A stretch of DNA of 58,216 bases, taken from positions 1 through 58,216 of IMG/VR virus record IMGVR_UViG_3300043411_002890; one strand, given 5' to 3'. Origin of the DNA: a virus (Duplodnaviria; Caudoviricetes). This document shows, piece by piece, positions 46,029 to 54,986 of this stretch. Made by a program: the position numbers and the translations under genes. The notes under the pieces are model-generated. The model ran no database searches and had not been told where the DNA came from. It saw only the letters and a list, made by a program, of their open reading frames with translations. Position 1 is the stretch's first letter. Every line of letters starts with the position of its first letter.

Positions 46029-47408
46029 ATGTCAAATAACTCTCCAAAAAACACACTTGTTGAAAATAATATTTTTCAAGAAGCTGTAAAGAATCTAATA
46101 GATGAAAAATATAGTTTGATTCTGACACAATCTGCAGAGAAAAACTCGTTTATTCAAGAATTTGGACTTTTTGAGAGTTTAAGAACAACAAAATTTTTAT
46201 TTAATTACCTAACCAAAATTAATAAAAAAAACAATATTGAACGTGTTTTTATTGAACTTTTGTACAAAAGTCTTTTAGAAACTGAAAAAGCCGCCGCTGG
46301 GTCTAGTTTCTTTTCATTTTATTTCACATTAAATTTTCTTAAAATGCAAAATGAAGAAGTCGATAAATTTAATGAAATGCTATTAGCTTCATTGAAGAAA
46401 GACAGAGAGTATCTGCCTACCTCTAAAGAGTTTTTTGAATTTATTGATGAGTGGTTTTGCTATAAATCCTCTTGGTACAAAACCTTTTATAAAGAAATTT
46501 TTAATCTAACTGGCCTAAAAAGTTTTACAAGTATAAAACAAACAAATTCCACACAACTTATAATTGAAGTGAAAAACGGTTACAGGTTTAACGGTTTTAT
46601 ACCAAAACCGTTCATTAATAATATTACGAACACTGTAGAGCTTAGAGATTTAAAAATCATAACTGTAGACGGAATGATTGAAAAATCAAGTGAAATCTTT
46701 AATATTTTAAATTATTCGTGGGATACGAAAATTCCTGTTGTTATCGTTGCACAAAAATTTAGTGATGAAGTTTATAATGTTTTATTAACAAACAATTTAA
46801 AAAACAAACTTCAGGTATATCCATTTGAAATTGAGACAAGTGTTGATACCCTAAATCAAATAACAGATATTTCAGTTGTATCAGATACACTTCCTGTGTC
46901 TGTTTTAAGTGGAGAATCGTTAATAACAAAAAACACAGCAGAGCTGCCAAGTATTGAGGTATGCACCATAAAAGATGGTGAGTTAATTATTGAAAATAAA
47001 AAAACAAACAAGGCTGTTGAAAACCATATAAGACAATTAATCAAAAGAAAGCAAGAGAAGCAAGAAACCTATAAGGTTATTGAAATTAGTGATTACAATA
47101 GACTTTTTGATATGAGAATTGAAAGACTCTTAGGAAGTATTGTTGAAATACAAGTTCCAAAAACTTGGTCAAAAATGCAAAAAAATGAATTTATCTCATT
47201 CTTTGATGAAATTTTTAAACAGCTTAAACATTACAATGTTTACGGCACCATAAGTGAAGAGAGCAAACAAATATTAAACTCATTGCCTTTGCAAACAAAT
47301 CTTTTTAAAGAATCAGAGTTAACATATCAAATAATCCATGGACTTCGTAATGCAGTCAGTTTAACAAAATTAATTCAAAACTCAAACAGCCTTATTTTGG
47401 CTATTTAA
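46029..47408 (+). CDS. Divergent GroEL/Cpn60-like chaperonin
   Basis: IEVKNGYRF...IITVDG.I...EI..IL......PVVIVAQ....EV..VL.TN.L...LQV...DI..V resembles the GroEL apical domain; GDGTTT motif degenerate (AAAGSSF). Confidence 0.65.
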   Translation: MSNNSPKNTLVENNIFQEAVKNLIDEKYSLILTQSAEKNSFIQEFGLFESLRTTKFLFNYLTKINKKNNIERVFIELLYKSLLETEKAAAGSSFFSFYFTLNFLKMQNEEVDKFNEMLLASLKKDREYLPTSKEFFEFIDEWFCYKSSWYKTFYKEIFNLTGLKSFTSIKQTNSTQLIIEVKNGYRFNGFIPKPFINNITNTVELRDLKIITVDGMIEKSSEIFNILNYSWDTKIPVVIVAQKFSDEVYNVLLTNNLKNKLQVYPFEIETSVDTLNQITDISVVSDTLPVSVLSGESLITKNTAELPSIEVCTIKDGELIIENKKTNKAVENHIRQLIKRKQEKQETYKVIEISDYNRLFDMRIERLLGSIVEIQVPKTWSKMQKNEFISFFDEIFKQLKHYNVYGTISEESKQILNSLPLQTNLFKESELTYQIIHGLRNAVSLTKLIQNSNSLILAI

Positions 47409-48258
47409 TTTCTTCTTGTACTTTTTTACTTAGAGCTTCTGGTGTTTCATTTGCCATAAATGAATTTACAATTAACTGCTTGAGTTTCACTTGATTATCT
47501 GGAACTTGTCCTTTTTCTCCAAGCTGAGATACGAATTTATCATATAATTTATTTAATTCTGCTTGTGCTGAACGAAAACTTTGCTCTATTTCAGGTGCGG
47601 CTTTTCCTTGTGTGTCTTTAGGGTCTGCATTTGTCAAGGTTTTTGATACGGCCTCTGGATTCTGAACACTTCTAATTTGATTACTAACACCTTCTAGAGC
47701 AGCTTTAAGAGTTGATCTTGGGGTATTCATGAATTCTTGAATAAACTGTTCCGTGTTAAGATATGGAATATCTGAAACAAAGTTTGTATTTTTTGTAAGC
47801 GTTGCCAAGGCTTTTTTAAACCATGGTGAATTATCATTTTTAAGCGCCGCAACTATTTGTTGTTTAATTTCTTCCGCCTTTGGATTCGAGGATAAAATAG
47901 AATTATCATCTTGTGTTTTTGTTGGGTCAAAAAAGTCCCTCATCGCTGGTAATCTTGAAAGCGCCTTTAAGTCATTAGAAATAAAGTTCCATATTTTAGA
48001 ATAAAATGATATTATTTTCGCGATTATATCCCCAGATTTTTTAGGATTGGTTACGGCTTGATTTGCTTCGTTTTCTGCTTGGTTTAATGCTATCTTTAAA
48101 GAAGCAAAAGACGACATGCTAGAATTTATAACACCTGATAATTTTTCAATTTGATCAGCTAAAAGATTAATATTGTTTGCATCAATCGCTTCTAATATAA
48201 TATTTTCTTTTATTGTTTCTTTTAAAAGACTTTCGTTTATAAATTTAAGATTTGTCAT
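47401..48258 (-). CDS. Hypothetical protein
   Basis: Helical 285-aa ORF from ATG 48258, preceded by TACTTA. Confidence 0.75.
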   Translation of the reverse strand: MTNLKFINESLLKETIKENIILEAIDANNINLLADQIEKLSGVINSSMSSFASLKIALNQAENEANQAVTNPKKSGDIIAKIISFYSKIWNFISNDLKALSRLPAMRDFFDPTKTQDDNSILSSNPKAEEIKQQIVAALKNDNSPWFKKALATLTKNTNFVSDIPYLNTEQFIQEFMNTPRSTLKAALEGVSNQIRSVQNPEAVSKTLTNADPKDTQGKAAPEIEQSFRSAQAELNKLYDKFVSQLGEKGQVPDNQVKLKQLIVNSFMANETPEALSKKVQEEIK

Positions 48259-48280
48259 TACTATGTTAAGTAGTAAAAAA

Positions 48281-48937
48281 ATGTTACCATTGAATATAAA
48301 GAAGACGATTGTCAAATTAACTCCTGAAGAAAGTTCTGAAGTTAAACAACAGCTAGAAAATTTTGAAACCAAAGACGAAGTTGTGATTGAAAAAAAACTA
48401 ATAAATAAAGTACATCTTCCAGTTCTAAATCTTAATAGAAAAGAAGACTGGAAATCTGCTCCTTTATCAAAAAGAAAGCATTTAACCGATGAGGTTGCTG
48501 CAAAAGAGTGTATGTCAAACTGTTGCGGATATGAAGGACTTGCAGCGGGTTGTTGTCAGCTCGACCCAGAAAATCTTGAGCATGTTTTGGGGGCCGTAAC
48601 AAAAGAGGATATTAGCAGAATATTAAGAAAACTCAAAAAAGTAATGCCTGGAATTGAAAGGTCAGATATCGTTATCGACAAGGAAGAAGGAATGTTAATT
48701 GGTCGAACATTTTTTAATGGGCATGATGTTTTCAATCAAGACACTTCTTATCCAATGTTAAGATTTCAAGCATATGAAAACAGATTTATTTGTAAATTTT
48801 TAAATCCAAAAACCAAACGCTGTGGAATTTATGAATTTCGACCAGATATGTGTAAAAATTTTTTTTGTCAATATATTAAAAAGAACTTTCTTATAAGAAC
48901 AAAAGATAATCCAAACACGTATTCGAAAATAGCTTGA
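48281..48937 (+). CDS. YkgJ-like cysteine-cluster (Fe-S/Zn) protein
   Basis: C..NCC...GCC...CKFL.....CGIYEFRPDMC..F.C; start uncertain (48263 or 48281). Confidence 0.8.
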   Translation: MLPLNIKKTIVKLTPEESSEVKQQLENFETKDEVVIEKKLINKVHLPVLNLNRKEDWKSAPLSKRKHLTDEVAAKECMSNCCGYEGLAAGCCQLDPENLEHVLGAVTKEDISRILRKLKKVMPGIERSDIVIDKEEGMLIGRTFFNGHDVFNQDTSYPMLRFQAYENRFICKFLNPKTKRCGIYEFRPDMCKNFFCQYIKKNFLIRTKDNPNTYSKIA

Positions 48938-48962
48938 CAAACTAACAAAATGGATTCATAAT
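48934..48962 (+). promoter_or_regulatory. sigma70-like promoter
   Basis: TTGACA-17 nt-CATAAT, then GGAG RBS before ATG 48984. Confidence 0.7.
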
Positions 48963-48983
48963 AAGAACATTATGGAGCAATAG

Positions 48984-49550
48984 ATGTCAACCAGAAAACC
49001 AAGCCCTTTTGATGTTATTTATGAAGCTAAAGAAGATGTTATTCCAACTGCAAAACGTAAATGGCATCAACCAGACAAAGGCAAGGTTTCATATGAAGAG
49101 ATGGTAATGTGGATCAAATCAAAACTTGATTCTGATATTGATGATTTAGATCAATATCATTTGATTGTTGGAACAGATTCACAAAAACGATCTCATAAAA
49201 TTAGATTCGTTACTATAATAACATTATACAAAGAAGGAAAAGGAGGTATGTACTTCTATACAAGTCATCTTTTACCAAAGACTTTATTTGGTAAACATAA
49301 AAATGATAAATCAAGAATTTACCAAGAGGTCGATTACTCGATTGAAACAGCAAATGAACTGATGACAGTTTTAGGAGACTATCTAGTTCCTTCGGTACAC
49401 GTTGATGTATCACCAAAAGCAAAAAAAGAATATACATCTGATATTTCTGATAATCTTATTTCACTTGTAAGATCTTATGGATTCGAACCAGGAATAAAAC
49501 CATTTTCTTTTGCCGCATCAACGATAGCAAACAAACACAGCAAGAGTTAA
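48984..49550 (+). CDS. RNase H-like YkuK (DUF458) family protein
   Basis: LIVGTDSQ...FVT.I...GKGG...RI.QEV..S...VHVDV...IKP.SFAAS.IA.KH. Confidence 0.85.
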   Translation: MSTRKPSPFDVIYEAKEDVIPTAKRKWHQPDKGKVSYEEMVMWIKSKLDSDIDDLDQYHLIVGTDSQKRSHKIRFVTIITLYKEGKGGMYFYTSHLLPKTLFGKHKNDKSRIYQEVDYSIETANELMTVLGDYLVPSVHVDVSPKAKKEYTSDISDNLISLVRSYGFEPGIKPFSFAASTIANKHSKS

Positions 49551-49728
49551 AAGTCTATTTCGTAACTTCCTTCATAGAAACTTAAATCGAGTATTGCGAA
49601 ATCTCCATTTGCTTTGAAGCCAAAATTATTTAAATGCATATCGGTCAGAGATATTTTACAATTTGTTATATCAGTCAAAAACTGTTTAAATTTTGGTTTT
49701 GATAATAGGTATCTTAAGATATTTTTAT

Positions 49729-49927
49729 TTGTTGTGAGTAGAAAACTCACAGGCTCGTCCTGTGAGATGAATGCAAACAATTTAGTAAATTCAAACTTAT
49801 ACTATACTTATACAGGCATGGAGGGAATATAAAAGCAGGTGCAAACTTGGAAATTTCCGATGAAATGCTTAAAGTTTCGGGGTTTTCAACTTCGGAAGCT
49901 CACAACCTTGTGCTGTGAGTAGTTCAC
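49729..49927 (+). mobile_element. 199-bp non-autonomous IS200/IS605 derivative (left end + right end / omegaRNA scaffold, no ORF)
   Basis: After TTAT; first 83 nt match 57258-57340 with 5 mismatches; ends GAAG-CTCACA..TGTGAG-TAGTTCAC. Confidence 0.88.
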
Positions 49928-49947
49928 TGAATATATTAATAATGGAA
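49812..49947 (+). ncRNA. Putative TnpB omegaRNA (scaffold plus guide from flanking sequence)
   Basis: Right-end-derived region with a G.U-containing stem (GAAATTTCCGA / TCGGGGTTTTC), terminal hairpin and TCAC end; boundaries inferred. Confidence 0.5.
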
Positions 49948-50051
49948 ACCTCTTTATTCGTTACAAACCTGGATCGGGTCTCTGTTATTTTCTTCATGTT
50001 TCTGAAATAAATAGAAAACATTTTTCAAATAAAACGTATATTATTCAAGGT

Positions 50052-50450
50052 ATGAATAGAGAAGAAGCTAGAGCAAAATTGGACATGGAGATTGAAAAAT
50101 CTTTGTTTATATTTACAAATAAAATCAAAGAAAATATCTATGACTTTATTATGATGTCAGTTAAAAGAGATCAAGTTCTTAATCAGTCTATTGATGATAA
50201 GACACTAAAGACGATAATCAGTCTTGCTCAAACATGTGTTCAACAAGGAAAAGGTTTGTTTATTGATGAATTTAATGGACAGATCAAAAAAGCATTGGAT
50301 AATTATACAGGTGCCGAAAACCCTACTTTGATGGCATTAACAGAAATGCCAAAGAAAGAGATGTCAGTCCAAACAAATTTACCAGCTATCTCTCAACCTT
50401 TGCCACAAGTAACAAAACCAAAAGTTTCGTTCGTTTTACCACAAGATTAA
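50052..50450 (+). CDS. Hypothetical protein
   Basis: 132-aa ORF. Confidence 0.75.
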   Translation: MNREEARAKLDMEIEKSLFIFTNKIKENIYDFIMMSVKRDQVLNQSIDDKTLKTIISLAQTCVQQGKGLFIDEFNGQIKKALDNYTGAENPTLMALTEMPKKEMSVQTNLPAISQPLPQVTKPKVSFVLPQD

Positions 50451-50478
50451 TCTTAATTCTACTTATCTTTTACCTAAA

Positions 50479-50958
50479 ATGAGATCTTTCGTAAAACATT
50501 TAATAGAATGTAATTGTATATTGCCTCAATTCAAAGCGGCAATACCACCCGTATTTCATAAATTTATTGTATTTTCAGAGCTCAAGGAAAAAAGTGAACT
50601 ACTTCCCTCTTATGTGAAATGTAACAACTGTGGTGCAATTCATAGAGTTTATGAAGTCAATAAGTCAGAACTTACAAAAAATGAAAATACCAGAGGCGTT
50701 GTTTCATTTGATGAATTAAAATTAAGCTTACCAGAAAAAATTGTAATAATACTAGAAAAATACGAGTGCGATATAACAGTATGGCAAGAAATAATGTTTT
50801 TAATAGAAAATAAAATTTGGGGAAATGAAGTTGTATTGTCAAGAGAAACAGAAGAAACACAGCAAAAGAAAAGAACGTTGATAACGACACTATTAATTGC
50901 TGGGGAAACTTTGTTCAAAATAAATAAGAGAGAAAAAGAGACGGATAAAAATGGTTAA
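50479..50958 (+). CDS. Hypothetical zinc-ribbon protein
   Basis: ECNCILPQF...CNNCGAIH. Confidence 0.75.
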   Translation: MRSFVKHLIECNCILPQFKAAIPPVFHKFIVFSELKEKSELLPSYVKCNNCGAIHRVYEVNKSELTKNENTRGVVSFDELKLSLPEKIVIILEKYECDITVWQEIMFLIENKIWGNEVVLSRETEETQQKKRTLITTLLIAGETLFKINKREKETDKNG

Positions 50959-51262
50959 AATAGATACATTTGCTCCCACGGAAGATGCAGTTTTTGAAAA
51001 AGAAGATTTTACTACGGTAATTGATATATCTTCTCTTGAAACGAAACTTACAAAAGAACAAAAGGAAAAATGTTACGCTGTCGTTGTAGAAGTTGCAAAA
51101 TACCTGAAATCTGATAGAGAAAAATTATATATGATAGAACGGTTAATCATGGAGCTTGAGAACACAACAACTGCGGAGTTTATTATGAATGCTCTTAGGA
51201 GCACTAGAAAAACTCTAGTTGATAAAGAAATTAGTGTAACTAAAAAAGGTTTGGTATTATAA
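50951..51262 (+). CDS. Hypothetical protein
   Basis: 103-aa ORF overlapping neighbours. Confidence 0.7.
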   Translation: MVKIDTFAPTEDAVFEKEDFTTVIDISSLETKLTKEQKEKCYAVVVEVAKYLKSDREKLYMIERLIMELENTTTAEFIMNALRSTRKTLVDKEISVTKKGLVL

Positions 51263-51510
51263 TGTTAAAATACGAAACAAAGTTTAAAAAAGTCTTTAAA
51301 AGACGAGAAGATGGTTTATATCAAGAAATCATTCGGCATTTTATTGTTACAACCAATAAACTTAATGGGGAAGTTAAAACTCAGTTTGATAAAGAATTTT
51401 ACGGTAAAATATATAAAAAAGCAACTGTTGCAGATCATGGAGTCAACGGATACGAAGAATTTTTTGATGAGAATACAAATGAAACCATTTTTCTTGTTGC
51501 GATACAATAA
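51262..51510 (+). CDS. Hypothetical protein
   Basis: 82-aa ORF, TAATG coupling. Confidence 0.65.
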   Translation: MLKYETKFKKVFKRREDGLYQEIIRHFIVTTNKLNGEVKTQFDKEFYGKIYKKATVADHGVNGYEEFFDENTNETIFLVAIQ

Positions 51511-51518
51511 TATCCTTT

Positions 51519-52352
51519 ATGCCAATTAACAAATTGCCAACGTGGCTAGATCCAAACGCTGAAGTTACCCAGCATTCAAAACCTTCATGGTTTACTGCTT
51601 ATCAACGACCAATGTTTGATGCTATTTTTTATTTGTGGTGCGTTGATACATTTTATCACTGTGCTACCGAACAAGGTTACACATTATCCTATGATCAGTT
51701 AATTGAAATTGCCGCAAACGCTGCCGTTGAAACAGGACATGGCCAAAAGTGGAGCGGAAACAACTGGGGTGGTGTCAAAATAAACAGAACTTATGTTAGT
51801 GATTACAAAGAGAAACATGGAACCTCTCCTAAGTGGTATAAAGATGCTGGCCATGTTGCTGGTGGAGATCAGCCTGTTGTTTATTATGTTTATTTTGAAT
51901 CCCCACAAGACTATGCAACTTATTGGCTGCAAAAATTTGTTCCAATAGATTATTCAAAAGAAGAACAAATAGAAGAGACCAAGAGAACTAGATACTATAA
52001 AACAGCAAAAGCATTTTGGACAAATTCTACTTTTACAGATAAATCACAACATTGGTTTTATGAACTTTGTGTATCTGGTTATAAAGGAGAGGTTACAAAA
52101 AAAGATCCTGGGCCTAGTGTTGATACGCTTTTCAATTGTAAAAGTCGTGTAAAAACAATGTTATCTCAACTATTACTAGGTTTGTCTCCTGATAACGCTT
52201 GGGGAAATAAATCTAAAGAAAAGTGTAAAGAGTTTCAAACAGCACACGGATTATCTCCAAGTGGTATTCTTACTGATGAAACTTTTATTTTTATATTGAA
52301 TGATTATTTCACTTTAGCTGAATTTAGTAAATTTTTAAATCTTAAGTTTTAA
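51519..52352 (+). CDS. Putative peptidoglycan hydrolase (glucosaminidase/lysozyme-like) with C-terminal PG-binding domain
   Basis: A.AAVETGHG....NNWGGVK...F.S...GY; D..WG.KS.....EFQ..HGL...GI....T. Confidence 0.72.
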   Translation: MPINKLPTWLDPNAEVTQHSKPSWFTAYQRPMFDAIFYLWCVDTFYHCATEQGYTLSYDQLIEIAANAAVETGHGQKWSGNNWGGVKINRTYVSDYKEKHGTSPKWYKDAGHVAGGDQPVVYYVYFESPQDYATYWLQKFVPIDYSKEEQIEETKRTRYYKTAKAFWTNSTFTDKSQHWFYELCVSGYKGEVTKKDPGPSVDTLFNCKSRVKTMLSQLLLGLSPDNAWGNKSKEKCKEFQTAHGLSPSGILTDETFIFILNDYFTLAEFSKFLNLKF

Positions 52353-53146
52353 AAGGAAAATAGACCATCAATAGGTCTTTGAATCCATATTCCATTTTTA
52401 TACCCTTTTGATTTCAATAAACCAACAGTTTGTTTTCCTGGAATTCCATCACAATTTTCTATTCCAAGATCTTTTTGTCTTTGTTTCCATGCTGTGATAT
52501 CTTGACTAGATCCTACATCAAAACATTCATAACCTGCATCTTTTAGTGCAATAAAAATCTGCTCTCCTGGGTCTCCTCTGCCTCTGTCACGCGTCAAATT
52601 TACGTGACCAAGTAATCCGATAAAATTATTATTATCAATAACTCTTTGTATTTGAGTTAAAACTGGTTTACCAGCTTTCCAAGCAATTTGTCTTTGAATT
52701 CCTAATGCTGCGGTTAAAAAATCAACTAATAAAACAGTTTTTTTAAGCTCTTCTTCATAGAGATATCTAGTGCCATTTTTATTTTCTTGTATAATTTCAA
52801 TACCCAAAGAAGATGGATTAAACTGTCCTGCTTGCCAACTATAATGTTGAACTGGATCATTTTGACAAACAACTTCTCCATTAAGGTCAACAGTATAATC
52901 CCAACTTACTTGTCTTTCTGTGTTTACTTGATATCTTGCTAAAGCTTCATCAATCTTTGAATCTGGCCCAATTCCCTGTAATAATTGAGAGACAATTCCT
53001 TCATGAGTGTGAAGAATAATATTTTTTATAGATTTAATTCTTGGTGATTTATCGGTGATATATTTTACCCAAGAAATATTATCTTCCCAAGATTTCGTTT
53101 TAAGATCTGGAATTTCATATTTTTGCTTATTGATTATTATAGACAT
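52349..53146 (-). CDS. N-acetylmuramoyl-L-alanine amidase with PG-binding C-terminus
   Basis: IILHTHE...SWDYTVD..G...SWQAG..N..SLGIEI...GH......RGDPG; DGIPGKQT. Confidence 0.82.
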   Translation of the reverse strand: MSIIINKQKYEIPDLKTKSWEDNISWVKYITDKSPRIKSIKNIILHTHEGIVSQLLQGIGPDSKIDEALARYQVNTERQVSWDYTVDLNGEVVCQNDPVQHYSWQAGQFNPSSLGIEIIQENKNGTRYLYEEELKKTVLLVDFLTAALGIQRQIAWKAGKPVLTQIQRVIDNNNFIGLLGHVNLTRDRGRGDPGEQIFIALKDAGYECFDVGSSQDITAWKQRQKDLGIENCDGIPGKQTVGLLKSKGYKNGIWIQRPIDGLFSF

Positions 53147-53163
53147 TTAAAGTTAAATACTCG

Positions 53164-53469
53164 TTAATCAACTTCGATTAAACAATATTTATGAACCCAA
53201 AAAATTCTCGTATCATCAAGAATCCTAATATATTTCTTATCCGCTGAAATATCTAAAACAACTATCTCTTTATTTGGCATTATTTCAAATAGCTCATTAG
53301 CCATTTCAAAAAATCCATCTTCCCTTATGCAGCCATATAAGCCATTTTTATCAATTGTTTTATATGCTCTATTCATATCCACTTCAAATATTTTTTCCTT
53401 ATTATTTGTAAGTTGGCAAAATAGCTGCTTTTTATTTTCAGTCATATTCGAGTACACAGATTGTATCAT
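53164..53469 (-). CDS. Hypothetical protein
   Basis: 101-aa ORF. Confidence 0.65.
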   Translation of the reverse strand: MIQSVYSNMTENKKQLFCQLTNNKEKIFEVDMNRAYKTIDKNGLYGCIREDGFFEMANELFEIMPNKEIVVLDISADKKYIRILDDTRIFWVHKYCLIEVD

Positions 53470-53509
53470 TAAACAAAGTCCTTGTCTTGAAACGTATAAT
53501 ACTAAAGAT

Positions 53510-53980
53510 ATGGATCTATGTGAAATTTGTCAAAAAAAACGCTGTCAATGTGACAGTATTATTTCTGAAGAGACTGATAATTTTAAACTTTCAATTTCTT
53601 CACGAAAAAGAAAAACAAAAGTAAACCCTACATTATCTTTGTTTGAAAACACTAAAGAAACTGAAATGGCGTTCATTAAACGTCTATTGGCGGCAGCAAA
53701 GGCCAGGGCAGAGAAGAAAGGGATTGAATTCTCTCTAACAGAGAATGACGTAACAATACCAAGATATTGCCCAGTGTTAGGAATTCCAATTTATAGTTCT
53801 AAACTTAACTCTGACAATAGTCCTTCAATAGATCGCTTTAATAACAAGCTTGGATATATACCATCAAATATTACAATTATATCAACAAGAGCAAATAGAA
53901 TAAAGAACGATTCAAACTTTGAAGAAATAGAAAAACTATATCTTTTTCTTAAGGAAGAAACCTTAAAACGCCGCCCTTGA
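53510..53980 (+). CDS. HNH-type endonuclease
   Basis: AK.RA.KKGIEF.L...CPVLGIP...SPSIDR.....GY...N..IIS.RAN.IKN; start at ATG 53510 after TATAAT. Confidence 0.8.
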   Translation: MDLCEICQKKRCQCDSIISEETDNFKLSISSRKRKTKVNPTLSLFENTKETEMAFIKRLLAAAKARAEKKGIEFSLTENDVTIPRYCPVLGIPIYSSKLNSDNSPSIDRFNNKLGYIPSNITIISTRANRIKNDSNFEEIEKLYLFLKEETLKRRP

Positions 53981-54005
53981 CAACACCCGCGCGCGTGCGC
54001 ATGGT
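53977..54005 (+). promoter_or_regulatory. sigma70-like promoter with GC-rich spacer
   Basis: cgcccTTGACA-acacccgcgcgcgtgcg(17)-CATGGT, then AAGGA RBS before ATG 54032. Confidence 0.6.
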
Positions 54006-54031
54006 GAGCGTGTAGCGAAAGGACACACACT

Positions 54032-54583
54032 ATGAGTACCCTGAAAAAACTATCCGCCAAGTCTAAAGCTATTATGACGAAAACCTCAGTTCTTGATTTA
54101 ACTGAGGTTTCTAACATGGAAACACAAGAACTAGGTTCTAATGAATCTTTTGTTGTGTTGGATGATACAGAAGATTCTTTTCTTAGTGTTGCAGGAATAA
54201 AAGAATATAAAATTCTTACTTCAACTGGGATATGGCATTTGACAGAACCTACAGATTCTTCTTTTGCTATCATTTCCGATGAAAAGAGAATAAGTCAGTT
54301 GACTCGTGGACAAGTTAAACTTATCGCGGAAAATGGATTGCTAAAAATAGTTACAAAAACTAGTAAGCTTGAATCTCATATCTGTACTTCTCAAAATGAT
54401 ATTGACTCACTTTTTTGCAACCATTTTGAAGAAGTCATAAAGCTTGAAGATGTGGAAGATATGTTGTTAATATATACTAAATTTTGTGTAAAAACTATTA
54501 GTGGTGACTATGCTTTTCTTCTTCTTGAGAAAGCATGTTTTGAATTTGTAGAAGTAGAACCTCGTAATTCTTATCTTCGATAA
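54032..54583 (+). CDS. Hypothetical protein
   Basis: 183-aa ORF with its own promoter and RBS. Confidence 0.75.
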   Translation: MSTLKKLSAKSKAIMTKTSVLDLTEVSNMETQELGSNESFVVLDDTEDSFLSVAGIKEYKILTSTGIWHLTEPTDSSFAIISDEKRISQLTRGQVKLIAENGLLKIVTKTSKLESHICTSQNDIDSLFCNHFEEVIKLEDVEDMLLIYTKFCVKTISGDYAFLLLEKACFEFVEVEPRNSYLR

Positions 54584-54986
54584 TAAATTTTTCACCTATT
54601 ATCTTAGGTCTGTTTGTTTGATTGTTAACGATATAAACAAAGTCTGTAATGGGCACTATGGAAACATAGTGCTCTTTTTTTTTGCTGATTATAGTCAAAT
54701 AAAATATTGGAACTGTTACTACTCTTTTAGTTGTTAAAAACTCCGCTGTCCATAAAAATGCAATTTCTTTCTTTTTAAGTTCTTTGTTTTCATCAATTAA
54801 AAGATAAACTTTTGGATCTTCGAGACAAATAATTTTTTTAGTCTTGAAATATAATATATCACACTTTATGTCAAATAAACTTTGTTTAATTTTCAATATT
54901 TTAGCCATTAAACTATAAGTTTTTAAAGAATCAATAATATTGATAAAATCTTTAACTTCAAAGTCTTCAAGTTCAAATGTTAACAT
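54498..54986 (-). CDS. Hypothetical protein, paralog family C
   Basis: IICLEDP...TAEFLTT. Confidence 0.65.
   Translation of the reverse strand: MLTFELEDFEVKDFINIIDSLKTYSLMAKILKIKQSLFDIKCDILYFKTKKIICLEDPKVYLLIDENKELKKKEIAFLWTAEFLTTKRVVTVPIFYLTIISKKKEHYVSIVPITDFVYIVNNQTNRPKIIGEKFIIEDKNYEVLLLQIQNMLSQEEEKHSHH

Larger units (their letters stand above)
49547..49997 (-). pseudogene. Short kinase-like ORF interrupted by the 199-bp IS derivative
   Basis: Removing 49729-49927 restores a stop-free frame MKKITETRSRFVTNKEVSIINIF-N-KNILRYLL...TDMHLNNFGF...FAILD. Confidence 0.6.

Noticed and set aside
49479-49490. GGATTCGAACC resembling the reverse complement of a tRNA T-arm
   Set aside because: Lies in the YkuK-like CDS (GFEP) and no cloverleaf could be built
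49729-49927. IStron (self-splicing intron-IS hybrid)
   Set aside because: Too short for a group I core and oriented opposite to the interrupted ORF
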